This document shows, piece by piece, positions 50,036 through 60,267 of a stretch of 64,000 nt of DNA. The stretch spans positions 37,565 to 101,564 of IMG/VR virus record IMGVR_UViG_3300037067_006044. One strand, given 5' to 3'. The notes beneath the pieces are model-generated. The model saw only the letters and a program-made list of their open reading frames with translations. It had not been told where the DNA came from and searched no databases. Source of the stretch: a virus (Duplodnaviria > Caudoviricetes). Each line of letters opens with the position of its first letter. The first letter of the stretch is position 1. The translations under genes were made by a program, and so were the position numbers.

Positions 50036-50557
50036 ATGAAAGAAGATAAATATAAAGGATGTTTAATGGTTTCTTTTGATATTCCAAATTGGTCATTCTA
50101 TCTTGGAAATCTAATCGAACCAAATGATGTATATTCAGAATATAAAAATGGAGAAGAAGATAAAGGCATTCAACTTAAAACTCCTCATTGCACGATTTTG
50201 TATGGAATTTATAATGATGTTCAACAATCGGATTTATTGAGATATTTATTACCTCTTCAATCTATTCCAGTTAAATTTGGAAATATTACAATATTTGAAA
50301 ACAATAATTTCGATGTTGTTAAAATGGATGTTAAAAGTGAAGAACTGAATAAAATTAATAGAAATATAATTAATAATATTCCTTATAGTAGTAGTTATAA
50401 AGTATATAAAAGTCATGTAACTTTAGGATATGTTAAAAAAGGAACTGGACAGAAATATCTAAGAACAAATAATAAACCATTCATTCTATATCCTAATTCT
50501 TATTGGTTTACCAATCCGGTTAAAGGAATAGATGAACATTTTGAAATTTATAATTAA
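50036..50557 (+). CDS. 2H phosphoesterase, T4 57B/Acb1-like
   Basis: Two HxT motifs: PHCTILYG and SHVTLGY. Confidence 0.8.
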   Translation: MKEDKYKGCLMVSFDIPNWSFYLGNLIEPNDVYSEYKNGEEDKGIQLKTPHCTILYGIYNDVQQSDLLRYLLPLQSIPVKFGNITIFENNNFDVVKMDVKSEELNKINRNIINNIPYSSSYKVYKSHVTLGYVKKGTGQKYLRTNNKPFILYPNSYWFTNPVKGIDEHFEIYN

Positions 50558-50920
50558 TAATGGAAGAAGAGAACTATTTTAATAATTTATTAAAATTATT
50601 AATAGAAAAGACAAGAAAATATACAGATGACAAAGTTATTCCGATTGTAGATGATTTTATAAATAAACACCCAGATATTTTAAATAAGTATGAAAGAGAA
50701 TTTCTATATATAATATAATGATGAGTTTGATAGAAGAATTAGAAATATTTATAATTGAAAATAATATTAGTCAAATAGAAGCAATGATAGAAATAAAAAA
50801 TAATAATATTAATATTTTATCATATAAAAGAATTGAAACAAATTTAGAAGAATTAAAATATAAATATGAAATTATTCATTTAACAGTTAATAAAAAGATA
50901 CCATTTATAAAATCAAAACA

Positions 50921-51172
50921 ATGATAGAATTTTACATATTACTTCAAAACGACAATATTAATAATCTAAATGATGGAAATCTATTAGGTACTCTCAATAC
51001 TAAACAATTAACATTTTGGTTAGGAGATGGATTTAAAGCTCTTACTAATATTATAGATAAAAACCCAGAAATAATGAAAGAAATTAAAATTATTAATAGT
51101 AATAAAAAGGAATATTCAGTTAATGATTTTCTTCTTTTAATTGAAACTATGAAAATAAAAAACACTTTTTAA
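50921..51172 (+). CDS. hypothetical protein
   Basis: 83-aa ORF. Confidence 0.6.
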   Translation: MIEFYILLQNDNINNLNDGNLLGTLNTKQLTFWLGDGFKALTNIIDKNPEIMKEIKIINSNKKEYSVNDFLLLIETMKIKNTF

Positions 51173-51512
51173 TTATGGAAACTCAAGAATTAGACCAAAT
51201 AATTATAAATCAAGGAAAAATAATAGAATGTGAACATCTATTATTAAAATGTGAAAATGAAGAACAAAGAAATTATTTAAATAAAAGAATTAAAATATTA
51301 AATTATATAATCAACTGGTATAGAAAAACTTTTAAAGATGAAAACAATCAAAAGAAATATTATTAAAGAAAAGAAATATTTAATCAATATTGAAAATGAA
51401 ATATCAAAAGATTATATTATTCAGTTAGAAGATAAATTAAATAATATAATTAAAACAAAATCACTTCAAGATAAAATTAAAAATAATAATAAACCTAAAG
51501 AAGTATAAAGTT

Positions 51513-51977
51513 ATGACATACAAACAATTATTTGAATTATTACCAAAATTAGATTCTCTTAAAAATCTAACAGGAGCACAATTTGCATATACTGTCATTT
51601 ATAATAAAAAACTAATAAATGAAGAATATAAAATATATGAAGAAATGATTAAACCAATGGAATCTTATCTTCAATATGATAAAGAAAGAGTTGAAATATG
51701 TATGAAATATTCTGATAAAGATGAAAATAATAAACCTATTATTAATAATAATGCTTTTCAAATTACTCAAAATTTAGATGATTTTAAATCTGAATTAGAA
51801 TTATTAAATAATAAATATTCAGAAGCTATTAGAATTACTAATGAACAGAATAAAAGTGTTTCTGAATTTCTTACTAAAGAATGTGATACTCAATTTAAAA
51901 TTATTTCTAATAATTCCTTACCTAAAGATATTTCAGTTGAACAATTGGAAATTATTATGGATTGGATTGTCGATTAA
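51513..51977 (+). CDS. hypothetical phage protein
   Basis: 154-aa ORF. Confidence 0.75.
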   Translation: MTYKQLFELLPKLDSLKNLTGAQFAYTVIYNKKLINEEYKIYEEMIKPMESYLQYDKERVEICMKYSDKDENNKPIINNNAFQITQNLDDFKSELELLNNKYSEAIRITNEQNKSVSEFLTKECDTQFKIISNNSLPKDISVEQLEIIMDWIVD

Positions 51978-52503
51978 AAATATAAAAATATAATAACTTC
52001 AGACTTATTAGTTTTTTATAAATTCCAATATTTATTATACCAATTCTGTTTTAGAGCATTTTTGGATTAAAACTACTAAGACTGATTTGTTTATTGTTAA
52101 AATGATTAATAATTATCTACTTTATAAAGACGTTATTAAAATTAAAAATGAAGAAGATTTAAAACATATTTATTTTCTGGTTAATGATGAAAAATTATAA
52201 ATTAAAAATACTGATATATAAAATTGCTTTTCCTTTCTGTAATATCAGATTTAAAAATGGAAAAGATTTCAATTCATTTGTTTTTATAATGGATATGATG
52301 TTTTGGAGTGCAATTCTTATGTTATTAGCTTATTTTATTCTTCAACTCAGTTAGGATAAATCCATACCAAAAAACAATTCAAATATCACAATAACACAAT
52401 GTAGATAATTGAAGAAACTGAGATAGAATGTATTAAACTCTAATCTATAAAATTTAGGTTAGAGTTTTTATTTTATATATTTTAAATAAAATTTAAATAT
52501 TAT

Positions 52504-54459
52504 ATGCTATTAGCTTTAAATGATAAAAATGAATTAATATCTCCAATAAAAACAGGAGAAAGAGCAATTGACCCATTTTCTAAAACAGAAGTTATTTCTA
52601 AAGTAGGAACATTGAATATTCCTCATTGGGCATTAAAATCTAATGTTGAGTATGATAATTGGTATGAGCCAATGACAGAATGGCATTATAATTGGCAATT
52701 AAAAATGAAATCTTTAGGAGCTAAATTAGAAGTTATTTTAAAAAATGATAATACAGGTGAAAAACATATAGCAGATTGTATGTTTGATAATGGAATTATT
52801 GTTGAGGTGCAACATTCCAATATTAAATTAGAAGAAATATCTATACGAGAAGATTTTTATGGTATTAATTTAGTTTGGATTTTAGATGGAGATAAATTTT
52901 TTAAATTAGAAGAAGATGAAGATTATAGTGATTTCGGATTATTTGTTAAAATAAAATCAAAATCAATATCACAAATAAAAAGAAGTATTTATATTGATTT
53001 TGATTATTATACTGATAGATTATATAAAATAATATCTAATGGGGTTAAATATTCAAAATATAATACATATGAACTAAAAATTGTATCTAATATTTTAGAT
53101 GATATAAATGAAATAAATAATTATTTTTATAAAGAAACAAACATAGACATTATTAATTTCATTTTAATTAAACTGCCGTATTTAAATATAGATAAATGGA
53201 TATTAAATGAATATTTAAATCATAATTATATATATTGCTATTATGATGATTTTGTTGGTAAAATATATGTTATTCATGGAATAAATGAAAATTGGAAAAC
53301 AGATAATATATACCGATTAACTTTTAAATTTGTATTTGGTCACTTTAATATTGAAAACTATAATAATTTAGATATAAACATAACCAAATCAAAAAAAATG
53401 GATTTATTTTATACCGATTATTATTACAATAATTGTTTTAATGACATAAATAATATAAATACAATTACGCACTTAAATTTATCCAATAATATTGATAAGT
53501 TAGACATATTAAATTTAAAAAATTTAATTTATTTAAATTTACAAGATAACAAAAATTTAAATATTAAATCATTGTTTTTTATTTTGAACAAATTCAATAA
53601 AAATATTATTATATCAACAAATCAATATATAACAAATATTAATAATGATTTAGTAGTAATATTACCACAATTACAATTAATAGACGAAAATATAAATTAT
53701 TTAATTAATCTGATAGTTTTAGATTTGTATAATAATAAAATATATGATATTTGTAATAATATTTGGAAATGTGATAATTTACAAACATTAAATTTAAGTC
53801 ATAATAATATAGAATTTTTTAATATTGATATTTGCAATTCAAAATTAAAACATTTAAATTTAAGTAATAATGCTTTAAAATTAATATCGTCTAATATAAA
53901 GTATTTATCCAGTTTAGAATATTTAGAATTAAGATATACGGATTTAGAAACATTACCAACAGAAATAAACACACTTAATAATTTGTCCATTATCGATTTA
54001 AGATATAATAAACAATTAAATATAAATTCAATTTTAAATATATTCCAAAATTATAATAAATTAATTAAAATTACTAATTACGAACAAAAAATTGAAATAA
54101 TTGATAATGTATTAACAATTATTATTGATTCTATAAAAAATATAGATATTGAAATATGTAATATTAAAAATCTAAGTATTTTAAAATTGCATTATATCAA
54201 GTTATATACTATACCAATAGAATTATTTAATTTACACAATTTAAAAATTTTAAATCTAAATCATTCAGATATAAGTATATCAGTATTAAAATATATAGAA
54301 CAAAAAATTAAAACCAAAATTGAATATTGTAATGATGATACTGATATTATTGATAATGATAAATTAAAAATAATAATAACAAACAAAAATCATTATAATC
54401 TAATTAATAATATTTTACCTGTAAATCATAAAAAAACAATAGATTTCTTTAAATTTTAA
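52504..54459 (+). CDS. CoiA-like PD-(D/E)xK nuclease fused to leucine-rich repeats
   Basis: HW...EPMTEWH..WQ, HIAD, VEVQHS, REDFY, WILD; repeated LxxLNLSxN units. Confidence 0.8.
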   Translation: MLLALNDKNELISPIKTGERAIDPFSKTEVISKVGTLNIPHWALKSNVEYDNWYEPMTEWHYNWQLKMKSLGAKLEVILKNDNTGEKHIADCMFDNGIIVEVQHSNIKLEEISIREDFYGINLVWILDGDKFFKLEEDEDYSDFGLFVKIKSKSISQIKRSIYIDFDYYTDRLYKIISNGVKYSKYNTYELKIVSNILDDINEINNYFYKETNIDIINFILIKLPYLNIDKWILNEYLNHNYIYCYYDDFVGKIYVIHGINENWKTDNIYRLTFKFVFGHFNIENYNNLDINITKSKKMDLFYTDYYYNNCFNDINNINTITHLNLSNNIDKLDILNLKNLIYLNLQDNKNLNIKSLFFILNKFNKNIIISTNQYITNINNDLVVILPQLQLIDENINYLINLIVLDLYNNKIYDICNNIWKCDNLQTLNLSHNNIEFFNIDICNSKLKHLNLSNNALKLISSNIKYLSSLEYLELRYTDLETLPTEINTLNNLSIIDLRYNKQLNINSILNIFQNYNKLIKITNYEQKIEIIDNVLTIIIDSIKNIDIEICNIKNLSILKLHYIKLYTIPIELFNLHNLKILNLNHSDISISVLKYIEQKIKTKIEYCNDDTDIIDNDKLKIIITNKNHYNLINNILPVNHKKTIDFFKF

Positions 54460-54504
54460 ATCATAAAAACAAAAAATAAAACAAAATAAATATTAATTTA
54501 TAAA

Positions 54505-55086
54505 TTACTGATTATCAATCCTACTAAATTCAACAAAACTACTAAAATGTTTACTAAGTCCCTTCATTTCTTTTTCTTTAAGTAGAACAGTTCTTTCATT
54601 AGTATTATAAATTCCATAAATAGTAAGAATATTATTTTCATAAATATCATAAAGAGGTCCTGTTATTTTCCAATCCAATTCAATTCCAAGATAATATTCA
54701 TCCATTAGTCCTTTACTTTTAATAGGAAGAGATTTAAATTGTTCTGAATTAATTTCTATTATTTTATTATCATTTCTTTTTTTAATAAAGAATCTTTTAA
54801 TACTCCCTTTTTCATAATCTTTTTCAATTGGAGAAGGAACAAAAGTATTTGGTTCTTCATATTCTATTATTGGTTTTAATTGATAATAAGTAATAATATT
54901 TTTATCATTAGTATATGGATATAAGAATATTGAATTTTTATCATGTTCTTGTCCAGAATATAATTTAGTTTTAAATTCGTGATAATAACCAATATATTCA
55001 GTTCCATCAATAAACATGAATTCTAATCCATTTGAATATTGAACATTTTTAGTAAAATCCTTTTTCTTTCCTGGTGTATATCTCAT
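54505..55086 (-). CDS. putative baseplate-region structural protein
   Basis: YIGYYH...P.P.EKDY.KG.IKRFF...LDWKITGP; follows the hub gene. Confidence 0.6.
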   Translation of the reverse strand: MRYTPGKKKDFTKNVQYSNGLEFMFIDGTEYIGYYHEFKTKLYSGQEHDKNSIFLYPYTNDKNIITYYQLKPIIEYEEPNTFVPSPIEKDYEKGSIKRFFIKKRNDNKIIEINSEQFKSLPIKSKGLMDEYYLGIELDWKITGPLYDIYENNILTIYGIYNTNERTVLLKEKEMKGLSKHFSSFVEFSRIDNQ

Positions 55087-55093
55087 CTTAAAA

Positions 55094-58000
55094 TTATATA
55101 TTTAAATTTGATTGTTTTTGAATGTCTAATATAAATTCTAAATGAGCAGTAACAATTTGAGTTTGTCCATCAACACTTAATAAAAATGCACGTTGTTCTG
55201 GATTAGTATAAAATCCATTTTCACTTAATATTGCTGGCATATCAACATTATTTAAAATTGATACATTGGCAACAGGCCAAACATCTAAAGAAGCATCAAT
55301 TGTATTATTAGTAAATACTTCTTTCAATCTATCAGTTAAATTTCGAGCCAAATTATTATTAACAAATGTATTTTCAATTGCATAATTTAAAGTGCCAATC
55401 AAAACATTTGATCCTGCAGCCGTTCCTTGTAATGTATTTGTCATATCTTGAGCATTTGCATGAATACTTAATAAAATACATTGCTTATCTGGATTTGCGT
55501 TTTTTATTGCATTTGCTTTTATTATTCTATTTGTAATAGAAACACCAATACCATCTTTAGCAGAAGCATTATCTTCTTCAATAGTAAATGTTCTTTCTAC
55601 CGGTATTTCCCATTCAATTAATTTATCATAAATTGTATTCATTATGATTCTATTAAATGACCATTCTTGCAATTGAGGTACTCCGCTACCATCATCTATT
55701 CCATTCGGAGGATATCTTTTATAACCAGTATCACCATTTTTTAATCCTTCCCCATGACCGGCATCTAAAATCCAAAGATAATTATTATTTTGGAATTCTT
55801 CCAATGGCGATTCTAAAACATATCCTAATTCTGCATTTACATTAACATTACTTTTTGGTTTAACAGATTTAAATGTAGTAGCAGATTCTGTATTTGTTAT
55901 TGGCATTATATCATTCATATTAACTCTCATAATTGTTTCAACACTTGTTTTCCACCCACTTGTTCCAATAGTATGAGCAACTTCTGTAATTTGAAAGAAA
56001 CAAGATTTTATATATCTATCAGGTAAATAATCTATATGAATAACATTTCCAAATTTTAATCCGGAAATACCATCTAATTCAAATGAAAGTTTAAGAGGAA
56101 GAATAGTATATGCTTTGTCAGTTGCAACAGCTTTACCATCCCCATCTGGTCTAACTACATCAGTAACATATTTAGTAAGAGCATCAATTAATGCTTGAGT
56201 ATTTTCAGTACTTGCACCACTGTCATCATATTCAGTTGCATTATATACTCTATTTATATTTAGAATAATATTTTCTTTATATTCTTTTACTGTCCAAATA
56301 GCAGTAGAAGATGTATCAGAAGAAGCAGGAACATCATTTTCAGTAACATCTGGAATTGTTAATTTAGGCATTGCAAGATTTTTAATACTTGCACCATAAA
56401 AATTATATTCACATGTACTTTGAGTTCCATTTGTTTTATTTACAGATGCATTAGTATCTTCTGATCTATTTGTTCCTAACATTATAATACTTTTTATTTC
56501 TTCTGATACTTCAGTATTTAAATTTACAGAAGTAAGAATACTATTTTTATTATAAGTTTTAAATGGAAATGGCTCTATTAATTCAACATCGATAGTATTA
56601 TAATCTACAACTTTCATTTCTGTTGGATTGTCTTCATCTATTATTAATCCGAAATCCCAATATCCACCACATGCTTCACTTATTCCGTCTAATAGTGCTG
56701 TTATTAAAGCATTTAATGATGTTGTTTCTTTATATTTATCATAAAAATATTTAAGATTAATAAGAATATCTTTAAATGCAAACTTATTATCAGAAGTTGG
56801 TGTTGTTTGTAGTTCAATCGGCATTAAATTGTCATAAGACGAAACAACAGTATTTCCAGACATGGCTTGTCCAGTTTGAGCTAAAATTCCTGTTGTTTTA
56901 CTAAATCCTAATTCTGTTAAAGATTCCCCTGTTCCGACTGTTGCAAATGGTAATAAACATCTATAAGGATCACCAGATAAAATATCTGCATTATAATTAA
57001 TTAATGATAAATCACTATTCAATTTTGGAAATAATTCTACTTTATTTTCTTTATTAATATATTTATTAGCCAATGCTGCTTTATCTTTATAATCTATTTC
57101 TTCAGTGGTAGATTTATTACATTCAGTAGAAACATCTTCAACAACATAAAAAAGATTTGGATTAAGAATTACTTTTTCTAAAAATTCCCATTTAACCCAA
57201 TAACTTGCAGCTTTATCCCATTTTATATATTCATCAGATGCTCCTTCTCTTTCATCCATTTCCATTTCTGCTTTCCAACCCATCATTACATCTTCATACA
57301 TTAATATTCCTTTATTATCATTCATTAATCTTTGAGTTGTTGTAAGAGTTGCAAGAATATTTTCTTCTAATGCTACATTGGTTTCTGTTCCTGTTAATTC
57401 ATTATCTACTGATGTTTTGGTTATATTTTTTGTAGTGGAATGAGTTTCAATCTCTAAAAACATACTTGCAACTGAAACAATTGTTGTGGTGCAATCAAAT
57501 CCACCATCATTTCTTAAATTCCAATTAAATCCAGAAATAACTCCTTGCATTCCATCATAATGACCTCCTGATGATTGTACAAATTCTAATATCTTTTTAA
57601 TTGCACATCTGTCATACATTGGAGGAAGAAGAGAAATATCGTTATTTACAGGTTCATTATTTACAGTTGTACTCCATCCCCATTCTAATATGCAAGAAAT
57701 ACCAGGAGTCATAAATAATTGTTCTAAAATATTTAATTGAGAAACATCCCAACAAACATAAGTTATAGTAGCTTCTCTGGTTGAACCCATACTTCCTTTA
57801 TTAGAAACAGAAATATCTGTTATACCTGGTTGTGGTCTTGATGTATCTGTATTATAAACATTAGTATAATTCATTCTCATACTTAATGATTCTTCTCCAG
57901 TTGTACTGTCTTTCCCATACATTCCTCTACCATTAAATAATATCCATTTCTTTCTTATTTCAGAATCACCATTAATTTCAGCAAGAGATGTCATTCTGCA

Positions 58001-58111
58001 CCATGGAGATTTATTATTCATCCAGCCACTTCTGTCTGTGAAGTTTAATTCTTGCCTTTTATCTAAAGTGTCCCAAATTGGAGTATCTATTTTTGAAAGA
58101 AATAACGCCAT
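55094..58111 (-). CDS. putative baseplate hub fused to an N-acetylmuramoyl-L-alanine amidase (Amidase_3)
   Basis: RPQPGI...LEWGWS...LSFELDGISG hub-like part; ILDAGHG, E, LSIHAN, AILSENGF amidase motifs; start MALFL preferred. Confidence 0.78.
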   Translation of the reverse strand: MALFLSKIDTPIWDTLDKRQELNFTDRSGWMNNKSPWCRMTSLAEINGDSEIRKKWILFNGRGMYGKDSTTGEESLSMRMNYTNVYNTDTSRPQPGITDISVSNKGSMGSTREATITYVCWDVSQLNILEQLFMTPGISCILEWGWSTTVNNEPVNNDISLLPPMYDRCAIKKILEFVQSSGGHYDGMQGVISGFNWNLRNDGGFDCTTTIVSVASMFLEIETHSTTKNITKTSVDNELTGTETNVALEENILATLTTTQRLMNDNKGILMYEDVMMGWKAEMEMDEREGASDEYIKWDKAASYWVKWEFLEKVILNPNLFYVVEDVSTECNKSTTEEIDYKDKAALANKYINKENKVELFPKLNSDLSLINYNADILSGDPYRCLLPFATVGTGESLTELGFSKTTGILAQTGQAMSGNTVVSSYDNLMPIELQTTPTSDNKFAFKDILINLKYFYDKYKETTSLNALITALLDGISEACGGYWDFGLIIDEDNPTEMKVVDYNTIDVELIEPFPFKTYNKNSILTSVNLNTEVSEEIKSIIMLGTNRSEDTNASVNKTNGTQSTCEYNFYGASIKNLAMPKLTIPDVTENDVPASSDTSSTAIWTVKEYKENIILNINRVYNATEYDDSGASTENTQALIDALTKYVTDVVRPDGDGKAVATDKAYTILPLKLSFELDGISGLKFGNVIHIDYLPDRYIKSCFFQITEVAHTIGTSGWKTSVETIMRVNMNDIMPITNTESATTFKSVKPKSNVNVNAELGYVLESPLEEFQNNNYLWILDAGHGEGLKNGDTGYKRYPPNGIDDGSGVPQLQEWSFNRIIMNTIYDKLIEWEIPVERTFTIEEDNASAKDGIGVSITNRIIKANAIKNANPDKQCILLSIHANAQDMTNTLQGTAAGSNVLIGTLNYAIENTFVNNNLARNLTDRLKEVFTNNTIDASLDVWPVANVSILNNVDMPAILSENGFYTNPEQRAFLLSVDGQTQIVTAHLEFILDIQKQSNLNI

Positions 58112-58160
58112 ATCAATTATTTTTATTATAAATATAAAAAACATAATAAAATATTTTGTA

Positions 58161-59909
58161 AATGAAAAATAATATAATTCTATATGAAACTTCTTAGATT
58201 TTTATATATTCTTTTATTATTTTGTACAATATAAATATTTTTATATATTTTAAACAATAAAAATTAATATTTTTTATATTTATATTAAAAATATATGACT
58301 ACTCTAAAAATAAAAATAGATTCTTCTGACGATTCTTTTATTGAAAAGAAACAGATAAACTATTCTTATGCTTTTAGAAAACTATATAATTATAAAGATA
58401 TTCCAACCAAAGAATTTTTAAAAAAACTATCTAAAAAATATAATCTTTCTCAATTTGAATTAGGATGTATAAAAATTGATGTTGATACCAAGAAGAAACA
58501 ACATGAAACACAAATTAAAAAAGATAAAAAGAAAATTATTTCTATTGAAGAAGACATTAAAAAACTCAAAAACAAAAAATATACAATTCAAAATAAAAGA
58601 AAAATATTTCATCTAAAAAAGACTCTAAAAAGAATTAAAACAAATTTAAATAAAGATATTGTTTTTGGTAGTAAATCTCTTTTAAATGATATTTCTAAAG
58701 CACACAATAAAAATGATTTTGAAAAAGCATTCAAACTTAAAGAAGAATATAAACTAAAAAGAATACTTCCAATTTTATATCTTGGTAGTTTGAATGATTC
58801 AAATAGTAATAGATATTTTAATTTTGATTTTGAAAATCACTCAATTGTTTATAAACCAAATGTAAGAACTAAAATAGAAATAAAATACAAAACATCTAAA
58901 AAATATCAAAAACAACTTTTAAGATTACAAGAAATAAAGGATTTAAAATTTCTACCAATAACAATAAGACTATCAACAGATTTTATTTATATAATTTATG
59001 ATAATGAAAAGTTAAATGGATTCGAATTTAAAGAAAAAGAATATCTTAAAGAAAGAAAAGGACTTACAGATAAAGCAGAAATTAAGTCTATATCTCAAAA
59101 ATATTGTATAGAACAGAAAAACAGAAAATTAGAAGGAAAAAACAAAGACAGATATTTACAAATAGATGAAAATCCAGTTTATATTGGATATTCTATAACT
59201 GAAAAAATAAATGAGAATGAAGAATTTAAAATTTTAGAAACTGGCTGCTTTGGTTTAGAACAATTAAGCAAAAAGAATGGTAAATCTTCTTCTAATAAAC
59301 ATTCTTTATATTTAAATAACAAAAGAAAGCATGAACTTTCTTTGATTTACAAATCTATCTTTAAAAAGATTAAGCATTATAATTGCGGAACAATAGTAAC
59401 AGAAGACTTAAATTTTAAACTTAAAAACTTAAAAGACGGAAATAAAGAGTTTAATAGAAAAACAAAAAATATTTGGCTTTTAAACTTTAGACAAGAATTA
59501 ATTCAAAAATATTGTAATGAACAAGGTGTTGTTTGGGAGGAAGTCAATCCTTCCTACACTTCTGTAATAGGAAATATAAACCATTCTTATTTTGATCCAA
59601 TCAATGCAAGTTTAGAGATTGGAAGAAGAGGAATGTTCAGATATAACAAAGGATTTAAATATCAACCCAAAATAAATAGTACACTTTTAGACGCTATGAG
59701 TAATCGTTTTGAAACGATGAGAGATGTTCTAAATGAAAAGACTATTGAAATAAGTTGGTATGAACTTTTAAAAAAGTTCAAAGAAACGAAAACTATATAT
59801 CGTTGGAGTTTAGATGATTGTAAACCATTTAAACTCCTCAGCAAAGACCATATAAGAAGCAAAGTGAATTTATATTCATTTTAATAGTTTTATATTGTTT
59901 TTGTATATA
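58161..59909 (+). mobile_element. non-autonomous TnpB-only insertion element 2
   Basis: Ends match element 1; preceded by TTGTA. Confidence 0.85.
58295..59884 (+). CDS. tnpB: TnpB-like RuvC nuclease lacking the Zn ribbon, 529 aa
   Basis: QIDENP, VTEDL, YTSVIG...DPINASLEIGRRG; paralog of 43125-44717. Confidence 0.85.
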   Translation: MTTLKIKIDSSDDSFIEKKQINYSYAFRKLYNYKDIPTKEFLKKLSKKYNLSQFELGCIKIDVDTKKKQHETQIKKDKKKIISIEEDIKKLKNKKYTIQNKRKIFHLKKTLKRIKTNLNKDIVFGSKSLLNDISKAHNKNDFEKAFKLKEEYKLKRILPILYLGSLNDSNSNRYFNFDFENHSIVYKPNVRTKIEIKYKTSKKYQKQLLRLQEIKDLKFLPITIRLSTDFIYIIYDNEKLNGFEFKEKEYLKERKGLTDKAEIKSISQKYCIEQKNRKLEGKNKDRYLQIDENPVYIGYSITEKINENEEFKILETGCFGLEQLSKKNGKSSSNKHSLYLNNKRKHELSLIYKSIFKKIKHYNCGTIVTEDLNFKLKNLKDGNKEFNRKTKNIWLLNFRQELIQKYCNEQGVVWEEVNPSYTSVIGNINHSYFDPINASLEIGRRGMFRYNKGFKYQPKINSTLLDAMSNRFETMRDVLNEKTIEISWYELLKKFKETKTIYRWSLDDCKPFKLLSKDHIRSKVNLYSF

Positions 59910-60267
59910 TTATAATTATTAATTTTAAATAAAATGAAAAGTTTTTAAGAGATTAGTTATTTATAATCACTAGAATCATCATGGTGTTATTATTTTTATT
60001 AGGAGTAGCAATAAAAATAGAATTTATTGGTATTTATTGTGGAATTTCTGCCGGAATATTTTTATTCGGATTGCAATTAACTAAATTAAAATTTTCAAAT
60101 AAAGGAAATATAGAACAAATTTAATATATAGTTAATAACTATTTAATTAAGAGGAAAAATCAAATTATAGAAATATAATTGTAGATAATAAATAAAAACA
60201 TCAACTTTAAATTAATAAGTTGGTGTTTTTATTAAATCATCATTCTGAATAAATATTTTGTTTATAA

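Noticed and set aside
244-59862. Short antisense or nested ORFs (e.g. 244-465, 419-640, 7846-8130, 19532-19849, 33058-33330, 35804-36049, 59662-59862)
   Set aside because: Shadow frames of longer genes with F/L/I/S-rich composition and no motifs.
43125-59884. Cas12f/Cas14 CRISPR effectors
   Set aside because: No adjacent array; shared element ends and gene interruption indicate insertion sequences.
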